A stretch of 63,068 bases of DNA, counting the filler, from Licmophora abbreviata (taxonomy: Eukaryota), in NCBI GenBank assembly GCA_900291995.1. It is 11 parts of 11 records of this genome, joined end to end, with 100 filler letters (N's around TTAATTAATTAA, not from the genome) between each part and the next. Parts side by side here need not be neighbours in the genome. Positions count along the whole stretch, not along the records: positions 39,114 to 50,057 come from OLMU01001281.1; positions 50,158 to 56,125 come from OLMU01001282.1; positions 56,226 to 61,748 come from OLMU01001283.1; 8 more parts are not named here. The stretch is one strand, 5' to 3'. Below the pieces are notes generated by a model. The model worked only from the letters and a program-made list of their open reading frames with translations, was not told where the DNA came from and did no database searches. The position numbers and the translations under genes are program-made. This document shows, piece by piece, positions 44,860 through 58,700 of the stretch (positions are counted from its first letter, which is position 1; every line of letters begins with the position of its first letter).

Positions 44860-47800
44860 ATGATGAACGAATACCATCACAGTAGCAATCGTGTGAGACG
44901 AATGAATCGCATCGCCGAAGAAGAAGATTCCTTTGACAGTCCGACGGCGTCGTCGCGCTCGTCCTTTGCTTCCCGACATCTCCGACAGCGCAAGAGCCCT
45001 CCTCTTCTGAAATCACTGCCGAATAAGGAGAATGGAACTCCACGCATGCGGAAGAAATCGGGCTCTGCGGCTGAGAATGCAGCTCGACGCAAGGAGTCCA
45101 AGGCGAAATGTGCTCCGGACCCAACGACGACTCGATTGTCATACTTTTCTGTGCAAGAAACGTTGACGAGACATCATACCAGTGACATGGAAGAGGTTCG
45201 ACTACAGGATCACGATGAAGAGGATGAGGTTCATTCTCCTGAAAGGGAGAGCCCGAATTTCCGGAAAGCGATTGACCAAGCTGGGCTACCAGCAACCGTA
45301 GGCGACTCGTCGCTCCCCCCACGAGCCACTAAAACGCCAAACTTCCAGTCCCCTCCTCGTCCAGGCATTGCGAGAAAGCACGGAATTCACGAAATTTATC
45401 AAGCTCCGACTCATCTACACGAAGTGTGCCATTCGATCAGGACGATGGAAGACCTCAACCTAGTCACCCGATACGTTGAGTCACTTTCGAGTCGTGAAGT
45501 ATCGACTTCCGCTTCCCGAAAGGATGATGATGGCAGAATTCCGATTCATGTCTTGTCTGAGAACAAAGCATTGGCAGAGAAGATTCTTTATGCAGATAGT
45601 GATAAGGGGTATCCTGTGCTGCGGCCACCTTGTTCGTTTGCCGACGACTCCGCTGAGGAGAAGCTGGTGACCCACTTTGTGCTGAAGGTGTTGCTGGCAG
45701 CCCATCCGAATGGCATGATGTGGAAGGACAATCAAAATTTCGTACCATTCGAACGGTCCATTGTCGATTGGATTGGGAGCGCACATGACGCGAACCCCGA
45801 CGAGCGGAGAAAGCGTTGGTCGAATCGGAGCCTGACCACACAGCAGGGCCCAGCAAGCGCAATCCAGTCCATGTGGCTATCAAAGTCCTTCTCTATGACC
45901 TCTGCTTTCGGATGGGCCGGGAAATCGTTTCGTTATCAAGATTCGTCGAGTCAACGATCAAGGGAAGGCCAGGAAAATAACGGTGACGTAGAGGGAGGCT
46001 TCAGCTCCGAAAACAAAGACGTCAAATCGTCTGACGGTGATGTCGCCACCAAGGATACGAAGTCTATCGAGCAATTTCCAGTTAATGTGCGACTCAGTGC
46101 TCAAGCTGTATTTTCTATCAAGATGTTATCTCGCATACTTGATCAGCTGAACGATTACGTCCTGTCACGGTCGTTCAAGAGAAGAAGCTTAATGAAAAAG
46201 CCACCGGACGAGCAAGACATTGAGAAGACAGATTCATTCGACGTTGCCATGGACAACCTTCGTAGTTTCTGCGTTTCTGACAAATCAGAAGAGATAGCGT
46301 CAACTATGATCAGGGTTTTTGCTTCTATGCCGAATTTGATCAAGACTGTTCTCCTCCTAGAAGACGATCAAGAACGTGATTGGGTTCTAGCGACATCTTG
46401 GTTCCAAGCAGTCATGCTCAGCAAGGATTCCGTCGGCCCGTGGCTTACAGCTATGTTGCAGAACTCAAATAGAAGAGTGTCCTGTCGTGCTTTGGAGTAC
46501 CTCGCAATTGTGTCTGATTTGGTAGAAATGCAAGAAGTGCAGCGAAGTCCGTCACGAACGAACATTGACGAATTGACGAAATCAACAAATGATATTGAGC
46601 AGGAGGTAAGCAAGCTCGAAGGCTTCGTTCCCTCACTCTTGTCATTGGATGAATGGGGTGTGGAGAAGGCGGCCACGACATTAATTGTGAGAAGAGTTCT
46701 TGATCGAATGATATCTCGACCGTTTGCGGTAACTGTAGTTTTCTTCGACGCTTTATTTCTGGCACTTCTCATTGTGAGCTTCCGGGCGTCGGTCGGTGCT
46801 TTTCTCAACGGAAAATCGTCGGATACGGTTCTGAAGTGGATCTACTTGGCTAATGCCGGAATCTTCTACTACATAATCCGAGAGCTCGGTAAAGCGATTA
46901 CGATTCTCGAGCGGACGCGACAAGCCCGTGCTTATCTGTGGAGCTTCTGGAATATCACAGATATTCTATCGACTGTTTTCGCACTCTTCAGTACTATGGC
47001 CATTCGTGTGAGTTATGGTGACAATGAAGTTGACTACGGCGATATCAATCAGCTTCGCGGATTTCTGGCGGTGACAACAGGCTTTTTGTGGCTTCGAGTT
47101 CTCAGTCTGCTGAAGTCGATCAACATGCAGCTTGCTACTTTTGTGTTGGCGATAATACAAATCGTTCGAGATATCCTCTGGTTTTTGCTGATTCTCATTG
47201 CAGCTGTTGTGGCATTCGCACAGGTTTGTAATTTATGCTCGGTAGATGTCGCAGCGTTTGGTGGTGCTTGGTTCTGACTATCCGTTTGTCGTTGATGCAT
47301 CCATACAGATGTTCTTTACCCTCCTGTTGCCACCTGGATGTGCCTCGGAAGAAGTCAAGCCGGACGAGCTATATTGCAAGCCATCTGAGTACTATCTCAA
47401 GACGTATACGATTCTTCTCGGGGACTTTGGAACTTTCGAGCGCGAGAGTTTTCAATCATGGTTCTCCGTCTTTTTGGTCGTTTTCTTCAGCTTCATGGTG
47501 GTAGTGGTTCTTCTCAGTGAGTTCCACGAAGAAGCAGCTGCAGTGTCGTCAGGCGTGGTTTTCGCTGTATCTCATCCTTGCGTCTTTCGCCTTTCTCTAG
47601 ATGTTCTCATTGCGATCGTTTCTGACTCGTATGAGAAGTGCCTGTTGCGATCTCAAAGTCTCTTTGGGAGAGCACGAGTGATGTTGGTGGCCGAGCTGGT
47701 ATCGTTTCAGAATCTCCTTCGCAAGAACGAAGTCGATCCTGAGGGGCGAGCCTTGTCAAACGTATATAGCAGCTGGTGGAGTGGACAGGCCTGGGACCGC

Positions 47801-48466
47801 GGTTGGAGCCGAGGTTCGATGGTGTTCTTCGTCCTATCGGCTTCTGTGGTCTTCATGTGGATCGTCGGCGAAACCGCTGGCTACTTTTCGGGGTCTAGAC
47901 AGGGAAATTTTCTCTTCTCTATTGGCAGTATCATTGTGAATGTGGTCCTGTATGCTGCAATCGTTGCGTTCCTGTCGAATGGAGCAGCCGACGATTCCGA
48001 AGATTGTACAGGAAGTCAAGACCGGGGATCTCAATGGACCGGGTGCATTGGATTCATCTGGAAATGGTATGACCAAGTAATTCAGAAGGCAATGCTGCGA
48101 CTGCTGGGATCTACGCAAGAGGCAACAGCTTTGCTCGTGCGGGGACCCGAGGATGAATGGAAAGGCCGTGTTCATCATATGCAACGGGAACTGTCGCGCA
48201 ATGCAGAGGAATCCAACGCGCTGATGGCGGAACAGACAGCAGAACTCGAAAGGCATATTGGAGTCGCCGAGTCTCGGTTGCGCTCCGAGATGAATGAGCT
48301 AGAACAGCGAATGCTAACTATGAAGGGAGATATCCTAAGTGCACTCAAGGAATCGGAGGAACGGGTGGACGCCATGCAACGGGAGTCCACGAACCGTCTA
48401 CTTTCCGCGTTGAGCGCCAAACGGACTGAGTCTGAAAGTGAGCAAGTGAACTATCGCGAATCATAA
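44860..48466 (+). CDS. TRP-like cation channel with ankyrin-like N-terminus
   Basis: WNITD (S3), WLRVLSLL (S4), RDILWFL (S5), pore TILLGDF, LL|NVLIAIVSDSYE (S6); introns 47224-47308 and 47517-47600; C-terminal coiled coil. Confidence 0.88.
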
Positions 48467-48580
48467 TTCAGCTTTAGACTGTTTCAGCACATCACCTCGC
48501 AATGTAGACACACAATAAAATCATTCAACTCAAGTGATTCGGCTCCCAACTTTGGGCTACTTTCTTCCTTCAGTTACTAC

Positions 48581-49081
48581 TTAGAACACACGGAAACTCT
48601 TCTTCCCAGTTCCGGCGTTGATGGCAGGCTCATGGGCAATGACGTTAAACTGCACCGTCTTGCTCAAGGGACGGCACTGGCCGATCGTGACGACATCGCC
48701 ATCCTTGACGGGGAACGCCGGGGTGCAATGCACGGCAATGTTCTTGTGCCTCTTCTCGAATCGACGGTACTTAGAGATGTAATGCAAGTAGTCCCGACGC
48801 ACAATGATTGTATTCTTCATTTTGGTCGAGATGACGAGACCCTTGAGGATACGGCCGCGGATTGCGACATTTCCCGTAAAGGGGCACTTCTTGTCAACAT
48901 AGTTTCCTTCGACAGCCGCGTCAGGAGTCTTGATTCCCAGACCAACCGACTTCGTCCAGCGCATGGGCTTCTGGCGCTGGCTGCCGATGGCACGCTTCCG
49001 GGCCACAAAGATGGCATCCTGGCACTGGTAGGCTTTTTCGTGCTGATCGCACTCCGAAAACTCCTTTTGAACTCGAGGCAT
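48581..49081 (-). CDS. RPS11: 40S ribosomal protein S11 (uS17)
   Basis: [42 protein letters not shown]. Confidence 0.97.
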   Translation of the reverse strand: MPRVQKEFSECDQHEKAYQCQDAIFVARKRAIGSQRQKPMRWTKSVGLGIKTPDAAVEGNYVDKKCPFTGNVAIRGRILKGLVISTKMKNTIIVRRDYLHYISKYRRFEKRHKNIAVHCTPAFPVKDGDVVTIGQCRPLSKTVQFNVIAHEPAINAGTGKKSFRVF

Positions 49082-49790
49082 CCTGACAGACCACGTAAAG
49101 ATCCAACAAAATAAACTGGGGGAGGAGGGAGGGAAAGAGATTGCGATATGAGTAAGAGGGCCTTAGAACGGAGAGCATCTATCGTCTCGTCTCTGCATCG
49201 CACACCGTCTCGCCAAACGTGGGAGCCAAAGGGTGTGATGCACACCGCTAACGGGTACTGGGCTTCAACAAAACAAGTCCGTATGAAGCGGGACCTTCTT
49301 TCTCCTGCTCTTCGATTGCTTCCGCGTCAGACCACCTCCGCACCAATTCAACATCGCCCCATGATCATGTGAATCCGCCACAAAGGCGTGGTAATCTCCG
49401 CAGTAACGCAAACTCCATCGTCGTCGTACCTGGTACCTTTTGCTGTCTGGACGGCACTTCTGATGAAAGCCGGGGAAAACTGTGCGGTCCCTGTCGCTTA
49501 CCGCTTACTTATCCTTATTTGAAAAGAGCTCGTAGCTCGAAAACCGGTGCAGATGGAAAGAAACCCGGAAGTTGTGCGCAACAAGGTCAACATCATTTGA
49601 GTCGAGTGAGTCAGTCACACCTTCTCGCCGTACCGGTACAAGGAACAAGCACCTTACCTAACAAGTTGGAGAAAGCCATGAGTATGCTGGTCAGACGAAG
49701 GTAAGCGTCATTACATGTGGTGCAAGTGTTTATTGCATTATAATCTATGATTTTGATGTGTGCCGGTATCCAAGACCATACCGGTAGTTC

Positions 49791-52700
49791 CTAAACCCAA
49801 GCACTCCAGCCGGAAAACAGCAACGACAAGTTTTCTGGGTCTCTGGCTGTGTTGATTAGCATCTGGACTTGCCCCTCAACGCTGTGGCTTTCTGCTGATC
49901 CGTCCTCTCTGCCATCAAGTTTTTCCATGATTCTGGCAAGGGCGCGCTCCCCAGCCTGAGTTTCGGCTGGAGGCGCTACGTCGAATCTTGGTTCTCCTTG
50001 TTCCCTTCCATCTTCCTCGTCATTCTCTTGCTGCCGGCGCCTGGCCTCTGCCGGAGTNNNNNNNNNNNNNNNNNNNNNNNNNNNNNNNNNNNNNNNNNNN
50101 NTTAATTAATTAANNNNNNNNNNNNNNNNNNNNNNNNNNNNNNNNNNNNNNNNNNNNCTAGGATTGTAAGCAGAATGCGCTTGTTCTCTCTGAGGACTTT
50201 CAAGGTTGTCTCGCAACACCTGGTGAAAGTACCCCTTGTACCACTCGGCCCCATGCCATCGACGATGTCGCGTGTAAGGCGGAATGGAACAGTTTCCTTG
50301 GTAGATTGAAGCTTTCAAACACACGGAACGTGGCAGCAATCGATTAGAAATATTTCTCCGAACAAGCCCAGTTCAACAGGCAGCACTGCCGTACTTACCT
50401 TGCCTTGATCGAAAATCATACCAAAGTCGATATGAACAAGCTCCCCTGTCGTCTCGTCGACAAGAATATTTTCCAGGTGCCGATCGCCGATTCCAAGGAC
50501 ATGACCCACCATACTGGTAACTGCAACGGATCGAACATATCTCATCCTTGCACTGTGCCACGCCTGGGTAGAATGGCGGAAGCGTTCCGTAAAGAAGTAT
50601 CGTAAGCACGGTGAAAAGTTTTGACAAACTAGATCGTAGGATTGGCGAAGTATCGCTGGGGGTGAGTACCGGAGATGCACTCTACATAGATCGTATCCCC
50701 ACTGCCCTGGGTAGTATTTAGAATGAGCTGAAGCAGCACCACTGACTAGGTATCCACCAAGTGACACCGTATTTTCCACGAACTCGAGTACCCCTGATGT
50801 TGTGGACGTCGGAACGCACTGGAATGTGCGAATCTTGAGCTGGTTTCGGATGGCTCGCGAAAACCCACGAGCTTCGGTTTCAGGCGACCTTCGTCGCATC
50901 AACGCGTTCACGTTGTTAAAGACTTGCATGATGATTGCATCTTGTCGAAGATCATCGTTGCCCTTGACAAGCTAAGCAAAAAAGATATGAATGAGAAGCA
51001 AGGCGACACGATACGATACTACGAATTCGTAGTACTTTCGCAACTCACACCGACTCACCTGTTTGTACCGCCCGCCTCTTCGACCTAGGCAAACAATAAT
51101 CTTTGGTCTTGAGAGTCCACTAGCCGAAATCAAGAAGGAATCAATAAACTCTGTTACAAGTTCTGAGCCCTCTGGGTCCTCTTCTCCAACTATGCCGTAA
51201 TTAGCATCATGAAGCAGGGTCGGTGATTTCGTCAACACGCAAGGACGAGGAAGCCCTCTCATCCTCTTGCCGCGAACGATCTTGAGAAGGTTCGCGTGGG
51301 ACTGCGGCGCTTTGAAGCCTGAGAATGCGCACTTGCCTTTACCCAGAGGAAGCGCGGCCAATTCAATGTAGCCTTTGAAGAGAATCCTGTAAGCGGCTAC
51401 GATTCGCTCGTTCGACAAGTCTCGCAATATTTGGCCCGCCTTCTCCGATTTCGCGGTACCAATATTTTCCGCATAATTCTGTTCAGCCACCCCGGAACCG
51501 CTTCCACCGCTCTCCAACGCAACCATCTGGCCGATACAGTGGTAGGGGTGATCACAGCACATCTGCAAAATGAGTTCAGTCAGAATAGCATCGAAAGAGC
51601 TGACGCCTCCGCCGATGCGGGAGAAGATTTGATTGGCCAGCGGGACAAAGTGATACGTTGGAATCTGCGCGAAATGCGACTTCATCACTTGGGAGGTCTG
51701 GTGGTCACTGTCGCCCGCTGATTGGGATCCGAACCAAAGTGAAATAAGTCGAAAGGCGAACTGTGACAAATCCAGTTCCGCTCCAGAATCAGCAACGGAC
51801 AAAACGCTGCCAAGGGAGTGCAACGCTTTGACGCGCCACTCGCCAACGGCGCGTTCTTCCCTGTCTCTTTCCGTTCGGATTCTGTCAATATCTTTTCCCT
51901 CGCGCGATATGAAGATCTGTACCTGCCTATACTCCTCCGAAACCCGTTCCAGGTCGGCTTTCAAAGCAGGCGAAGGCTTCTTATGCGTCGTTGCCATCGT
52001 ATCTATCTTCATTTGAAGGGCGTTCCGCCTTTTCTGAAGGCGCCTCTTCTCCGTTTCTACGGACTCCAAATTTTGCGTACGACAGTCCAGATCGGTTTTC
52101 ATTTCGTCCCATGCAACGCCTTTCACAAGGGCGGTCGTAGATTCACACACAGTTGAAGCCAATCTCGCCAAACAGACATGTGCAACAGCGAGTCGTTGCG
52201 CGGAAGTCCTCGTCTTCGATTCATTGAGTTGTTTTGCCAGTTCGGCTGCAGGGAGAAGATATCGGTCTCGCACCACAGTCGGAGACTCAACCTTCCTCTG
52301 TGCAGTCCATGCACCGCACTGCAATAGTGCGTCGACGTATAAGGGTAGGCTCTCCCCGCTCCCCACCATTTTCAAGTTCTCACACACCTTTCGCGCGTAT
52401 CGAATCGCTTCGCCAAAATTTCCAGTTGTCTCCAGGATCGATGCCTCATGCAAGCGTATCTCCAAATGTTCTAAAGCGTCAATCTTGCCATCGCGATCTC
52501 TCTTCAGAACATCGCGCAGGCGCAGAAGGGATAGCGTCGCAACATCTGAACGCCCGGAACAGCGTGCTCGTGAGGCGACGATCTTCAGATGACATCTCAG
52601 TAGTTTCCCCGGTTCGGCTGTGTCTGGTGCCTTGCGAGCAAGACCGTTGAGAAGTATCTCTCGAACCAGAGCAGATAAGTCGCGATATGCTAGATTCTCC

Positions 52701-55700
52701 GTGCAGCCACCAGTAAGCTCCAAGAGGCCCCCCATCTTTGATCTTTCCATCTCCTCACGCAAATCTCCCAGGAGAGTTCCTTTGGACTTGAGATCACCAA
52801 GTTTATCCACATCGTTAAGAACCTGCATTCTTTCAACGGAGTCGACGACACCAAAAAGGGAAAACTCGCCGCAAGCAGAAATGCAGACCTCATCCAGTAT
52901 AGATGCACGAGCTTGAGACAAGGCACGACGAAACATGTCGTCATCATCACGAAGGTAGCCTACGAATGTGTTCGCCAGTGACGCGCAGAACCCAGTCTGT
53001 CTATGCGGTGTGCTGGGCGACAGAACACCAAACGGCTCTGCGGCCAATGCGCCAGTCGCAAGAGGAACTGCCCCCCATTGGAGCTCCATCAAGTCACCAC
53101 TATGATACAAGTCAGAGAAGGTATTACTCTCCGCCGGCAGCAAGTGCTCCGTAATGCCATTCCGATCTAATCGTGAGGCGATCCCTTCCGTGCAAACCCG
53201 AACTACATTTTTCAACCCAAGCTTGTCGAGATATGTGGCCACCTGTAACGCTGATGTGGCTGAGGTTGTTCGAGATATCAAACGGGCGTCAAGTAACCTG
53301 AGTCGATCTATGTCGCCGCTCCACGAGCGAGGATCCGCGGTGCGTTGATATGTTTCATCTAAGAAGTGAAGGGCAGCCTTTTCGTTCCGAATGGCATCGG
53401 CGGCATCATGCTCACAAAGACCCACGAAACACCTTTCGAGATAATCAAGGAAGGCGCCTTCATCTAGGTGCGTCTTAGCAGCTGCGGGAGTGTCGTCAAC
53501 AGCAAACCCGCTGATATCCATACAGGACAACCGAGGCTCGGGTCCAGTCCTTTCAAATGACAGTCTCCCAACCTTCTCGGAATACATCTCAGCATAGAAG
53601 AGCGCACTAGCGAATTTCTTCGAATACAGGCTTGCCTGAACAATCAGTGAACCGTCGATCTTGAGAACTGTTCCATATGGAATACCTTCCCAAAACCTAG
53701 GAGAAGATGGCAACGCTACCGTGTTATATTCACCAACAGAACAATGGCTAGGGTTTCCAACCGAGTTCTGTTTTGGATACGTTCTCCCGGGGGCTGCGTT
53801 GCGGTTTCGTTTGTGGCCCCTAGAATGAAGGAAGTGGTGCTGCGAGACTTTTCGGAGCATATCCAATGTTTCGACTGCCAAAGATGCCGGTTTGCGTGCC
53901 GTTGCATGGTTGATTTCAGCCGGATCCACCTGCAGTCCCATCGATGCATCAATGACCTCCGAAAAGAGCTCGGACTCACTTCCATGTCCACCAATACGCT
54001 GGCGAGCGATCTCTGTCCTTGCAATACAACCTGTCAAAAGGGTCGAGAAGCCCTTCGAGAGTTTTATGTTGGCCAAACTGGTGGGGCTGCCAATCCAAGT
54101 ATCGCTTCGAACAGAACCAGCATTGGCTGAAGCACTCGTCGACCCTCCTGTACCATCTTGCAGCAAGTTCAAAATAAGCCCGGGAAAGATTCGCGCAGCA
54201 AACTCAGCATCTTGCTCACATAGCCTTAAGCAATTCCGGAAGAAGAAGTCGTGGCTGTGTACCAGAGTTCCATTCTGCGAAAGCTCCTCCTCGGTGGCAC
54301 AAGGGGAATAGCATGACCGGATCAAGGCGGTGGCAAGCTCACAAATCCATTTGTGATATGCGTCGTCAGAGAGGCACTTCCAGAGCTCTTCGTTCCAGCA
54401 ACTGGTTGAGAGAGCAGTACCTGAATTGTCGACCCCATTGCCACCAACACCATTTCGGCGGCTGCGAGAGTTCATCACAGCTGTGCGAAAGATGGCGTGC
54501 AGAGCCGCAAGGTAACTTCGCTTGCCCCTGTCAGAAATGAGAGGTAAGTACTCCTTCGATTCTTCCTCGGCTAGAACGACCTTCAATGTTTCAAATGCCA
54601 CAACGGCAACTTCAGTCCTTGGTGAAAATAGAAAATCTGACATCAATTCTAGGGAAGCCGCCTTTATTTCGGCTAGTGTACCAAATGCATCGGACACCGT
54701 CACTGGGTCTGACGAAATACTATCGTCATCGAATGGAGATAAGCCTTCAACAACATCAGGACCGATAGTACCCAGGCACTTGCTAGCCTCAATCCGGACC
54801 TCTTGCGGGAACTGATTGCTGCAGAAAACAAGGAGCTTCCGCGACAGGTCACCCAGTCCGGAAGCATCCATGTGAAATCCATCTCTGACATTCAGGGCAA
54901 CGCCTTCCCGAAGGCAATGCAGCTCCTCGATGAAAACATCTGTTTCTATTGTCATCCTCGTGAGAGCTCCGCCGACATTTCTCAGGCTATCACCAGACGT
55001 GAGACGCCTTCGCTGCATCTGTTTTGATAATTGGGAAAAGACTTGAACGTCCAGTTTCGAAATAGTCCGGTCCGCATTCGCTTTGAGAAGATATTCATTG
55101 ATCAATTTCTGTGCAGAAAACTTTGGGTTCTTATGTCGTAGTGCATCGGAAACTTCCGCATGTGATTTGATCAAAAACAGTCTACGTATGGGCACATTGC
55201 TGGTCGCCAAAGACGGTAGATTTTTTAGGAGAACGGCCACAACGTCGTAGGTGCCTTCGAGAACGCCAGACCGGTGATCATCGACTACAAAGCTTTTGAG
55301 TGCATCGTGGACAATCTCGCCCCTTGTGTGCTCACTTGGACGTGTGTCCCAGCCCCACGCCCCAGACTGATTTTCAGGGGGCGCCAGTCCAAGACCCAGC
55401 CGAGATCGCTCACCCACTTTGCGCATAACACGAAGTGCGTCCTCGACAATCGACGTCTGAACGCGTTCATGCATCACCAACGTCGTCCGCACCAGAGCTG
55501 GGAGCACCGATTTGAAGGTCTCCTTCGTTGCAGGGGAAGCAAGACCCTGGACGAAAATGGAGACCACAGACACAAGCAACCCTAGGGCATGCCTATGCAC
55601 GACTCTGAGACCTTCGTCCAGTAGAATGTCAAGTAGGGTCTGAACACAGAGGGATAATTCACCGCCAACGGACGATGTCTTGTCGCTCAGTGATGAGCCA

Positions 55701-58700
55701 CATTCCCCCAGAAAGGTCTGGGCAACCCAATCGAAGACTCGCCACCTTGAAACAATCTGAACTGGTAGGACTGCCTTACTTAACCAGTATCTTGCATGCA
55801 GGAGGAACTCTGTGGCAGTCCCACCGACGCATCGAAAGGTGCCACAGGAAGTGTCGGTACCTTGCTGGGCGTCAAGACCACAAATGAAATCAGACACCAA
55901 CGATGAATCAAGCTGCTGACACCCATAGGTGTGTTCGGATTTTCCCCATAGCTTGAGAAACTTGCGGACAGTTCGATCAGACTCGCAAATCGACAGTTGC
56001 GGGTTCGTGTCGACAAGCTCTTGTTGAAGGAAGGATATGACTCGTGATGCCGTCTGACGACCCCTCTCGCTGCCACATAATTTGATGGGTGCAAAGAAAG
56101 CGTGGATATCATGAGCCGAACTTTCNNNNNNNNNNNNNNNNNNNNNNNNNNNNNNNNNNNNNNNNNNNNTTAATTAATTAANNNNNNNNNNNNNNNNNNN
56201 NNNNNNNNNNNNNNNNNNNNNNNNNGCAAAGAAAGCGTGGATATCATGAGCCGAACTTTCAATCAACCTCTCCAGAGTCTCTCGGTGGACCTGATCGGGG
56301 CCAGTGTTTTTCGTGAACCCACAGTAAGTCCTTAGCGCCTTTAGCATCTTGTCGCGCATATCCCGTTCCGCTGTGGGGCCATTCGACTCTTGAAGAGGCG
56401 ATGTGTCATTGACATGAGCTAGAATGGTTGGAATCAAAACATTCGACATGACCTCCAAATACCGGCGAGCGGCAGCATCGCGTAGAGACGATGGACATTC
56501 TGTCTGTCCACTGTAAAGAAGGTTCTTGACCAGGTCCGGCGCCGACATTTGAAGGGACAAGCCTGTCAAGCTATTCTCTGATTTCAACCATGATAGAGAC
56601 AAGTACTCACATTCCGCGTAAATCATGTCAGTGGCGCTCGTGAAGCCGACCAGCAGAGCAACCTTCTCGCAAACTCGAAAGCAGGGAATCTCCATGTCAG
56701 ATCTCTGCCCCGCACACAAAGCAAAGTCGAGAAGAGTCCTCCGAAAGTGGTCTATTGGACGGGATGCTGACGAAACAATTGAAGCCCGACACTACCAGTA
56801 TGCGAACCAGAAATGCAAGAATTTGCGTGAGAAACGTCGGCAAGAACAGGTGTGAGTCAAACAATAATTCTCACCTTTAGGGAGAATCTCTCGAGTGAAC
56901 GGCGTTCCATTTTCCATACAGTGCTCGCCTCAGCCCCTAAATCATCCGAAACATGCCCATGCCTATCGTGATCCCTGCACCATGCCAGAAAGCCGTCCTC
57001 GTCAGTTAATGGCGCAAGACGTTCTTGTACGTTGTCTATGAGATCACTAACAGCCGAATCTGATCGGGAGTCTCTCGCGGAAGAAACCAATACCCCGCAG
57101 GCTATCCCCGCGCTCTCTCGAACAGATGCTGCCGCGTGACGAAGGGAGGGTAGAACAATCTTCGAAGTGAACCTCGCAAAGAAGTCTTTTCTGAAGCTTT
57201 CCTGTCCAAACTTGTATGCACTTGTCGACACCATGATCTGAACAGCTCGAACTTTTCTCCGCAGGTTCAGGTTTCTCCGGTCCAGTTTGCTATTAGTAGA
57301 ATCTGATGTAAGAAGGTCAATGATCTGTTTTCGGCAAGCGCTCTCCATACGTAGACGGGCCAGATCACAGCAAGCCTGGTATCCATACAAATAGTATGGC
57401 GATCCCGGGCCGGCCAACGATCGAACATCATTGATCAATTTGGAGCAGACAGCAGCGACCCATGGCAACCCACTGTCTGGCAGGCGCTCAGTATCATCTT
57501 CGTTCTCATGATAAAGTGTAAGTGCTTCGCTGATGAAGACGTTAAGGCAATGAAGAGCACCCTCGAAGTCCATCTCTTCCGGGAAACTTTCTCTGGGAGC
57601 CTCCTCGAGCTGCTTTCGGGAACGATATGCCAGGCTCCCAACCAATGAGTGGCCCACTTCGACGGATGGTCGCAGAAGAAGCATGATAGATGCAAGCCGA
57701 TAGGCAAGCAGTGAGGCAGGTGGAAGTCGCTTACTATTCTCGTGCAAGCTTTCCGATTGATAATTGACTCTCTGTCGCTTTGTGCTGCTCCCTTCCGTCG
57801 CTCTTGACAGGTGTCGTTTCTTTGCCTCGACAGAATACTCGTAGTCCGCGTCACTTTCGTCAGTCGAATCTGGGACTACATAGTTCGATTTGTCTTGTCC
57901 AACCACGACAACATCATCTTCTTCTGACATAAAATCCGACTCAAAAGAATCATTCGGAGCCACCTCAGAGGATTCGACGGATCCGGTTTCGGCGAGTAAT
58001 TCCAACTGACGCTTGCATTCCTCGAAGAGCACATTGAGTTTCTCGCCAACTGCTTCGGTGATCACAGAATGGCCAGTTGACGACTTTATCGTCCGCAAGG
58101 CATAGGTCGACTGGGCGACGTCGGTGATCGCCAGAGTTGACAATGCGTTTGTTTGACTGGCAAGCCGGGAAATGCATGTGGCCAGTACTTCAACAATCAT
58201 GCGCTCAACGAGACTTGAATCACCCTGAGCAATGAGGATGTCCTCCTGGTATGATGTCAAGACGCTCAAAACTGTCTTCGCAACGAATGTGAATCGAACG
58301 AGAGGCAAGATAGGTGCAGCTTTCGAGTTTCGTTCTCCAGAATAAATATTTCTCAAACATGATATGGCAAAGCGCCTCAACGAAGACGAGTCAGAGCTCG
58401 AAACAAAATTTGCGTGTCCCACAGACCGACGTGCGCCGTCACATTCTCTCAGGAGGGATCGGGCAAAATCTACAGCATGGGTCTCCGACAGAAGTTGATG
58501 CTTAGGATGGATATCGTATCTCCTGAACTCAGACAAAGCTGAAAAGTTCCAAAGGCACTCAAAATATGTGCATCCGCCCCCGGCGCTGCACTTACTAAGG
58601 TTTGTCGCAGCAGCTCGGTGCGACAGAGCGATGTTGAATCTTTTTGATTCCTCCCACAAAACAGTTCCATTTGGAGTGCTCTGCAAGGTCGGATCGACTG

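Noticed and set aside
48632..49114. 160-aa antisense ORF over RPS11 and similar shadow ORFs over ISWI, CWC25 and ATM
   Set aside because: Expected from codon bias of the real gene on the opposite strand; no motifs.
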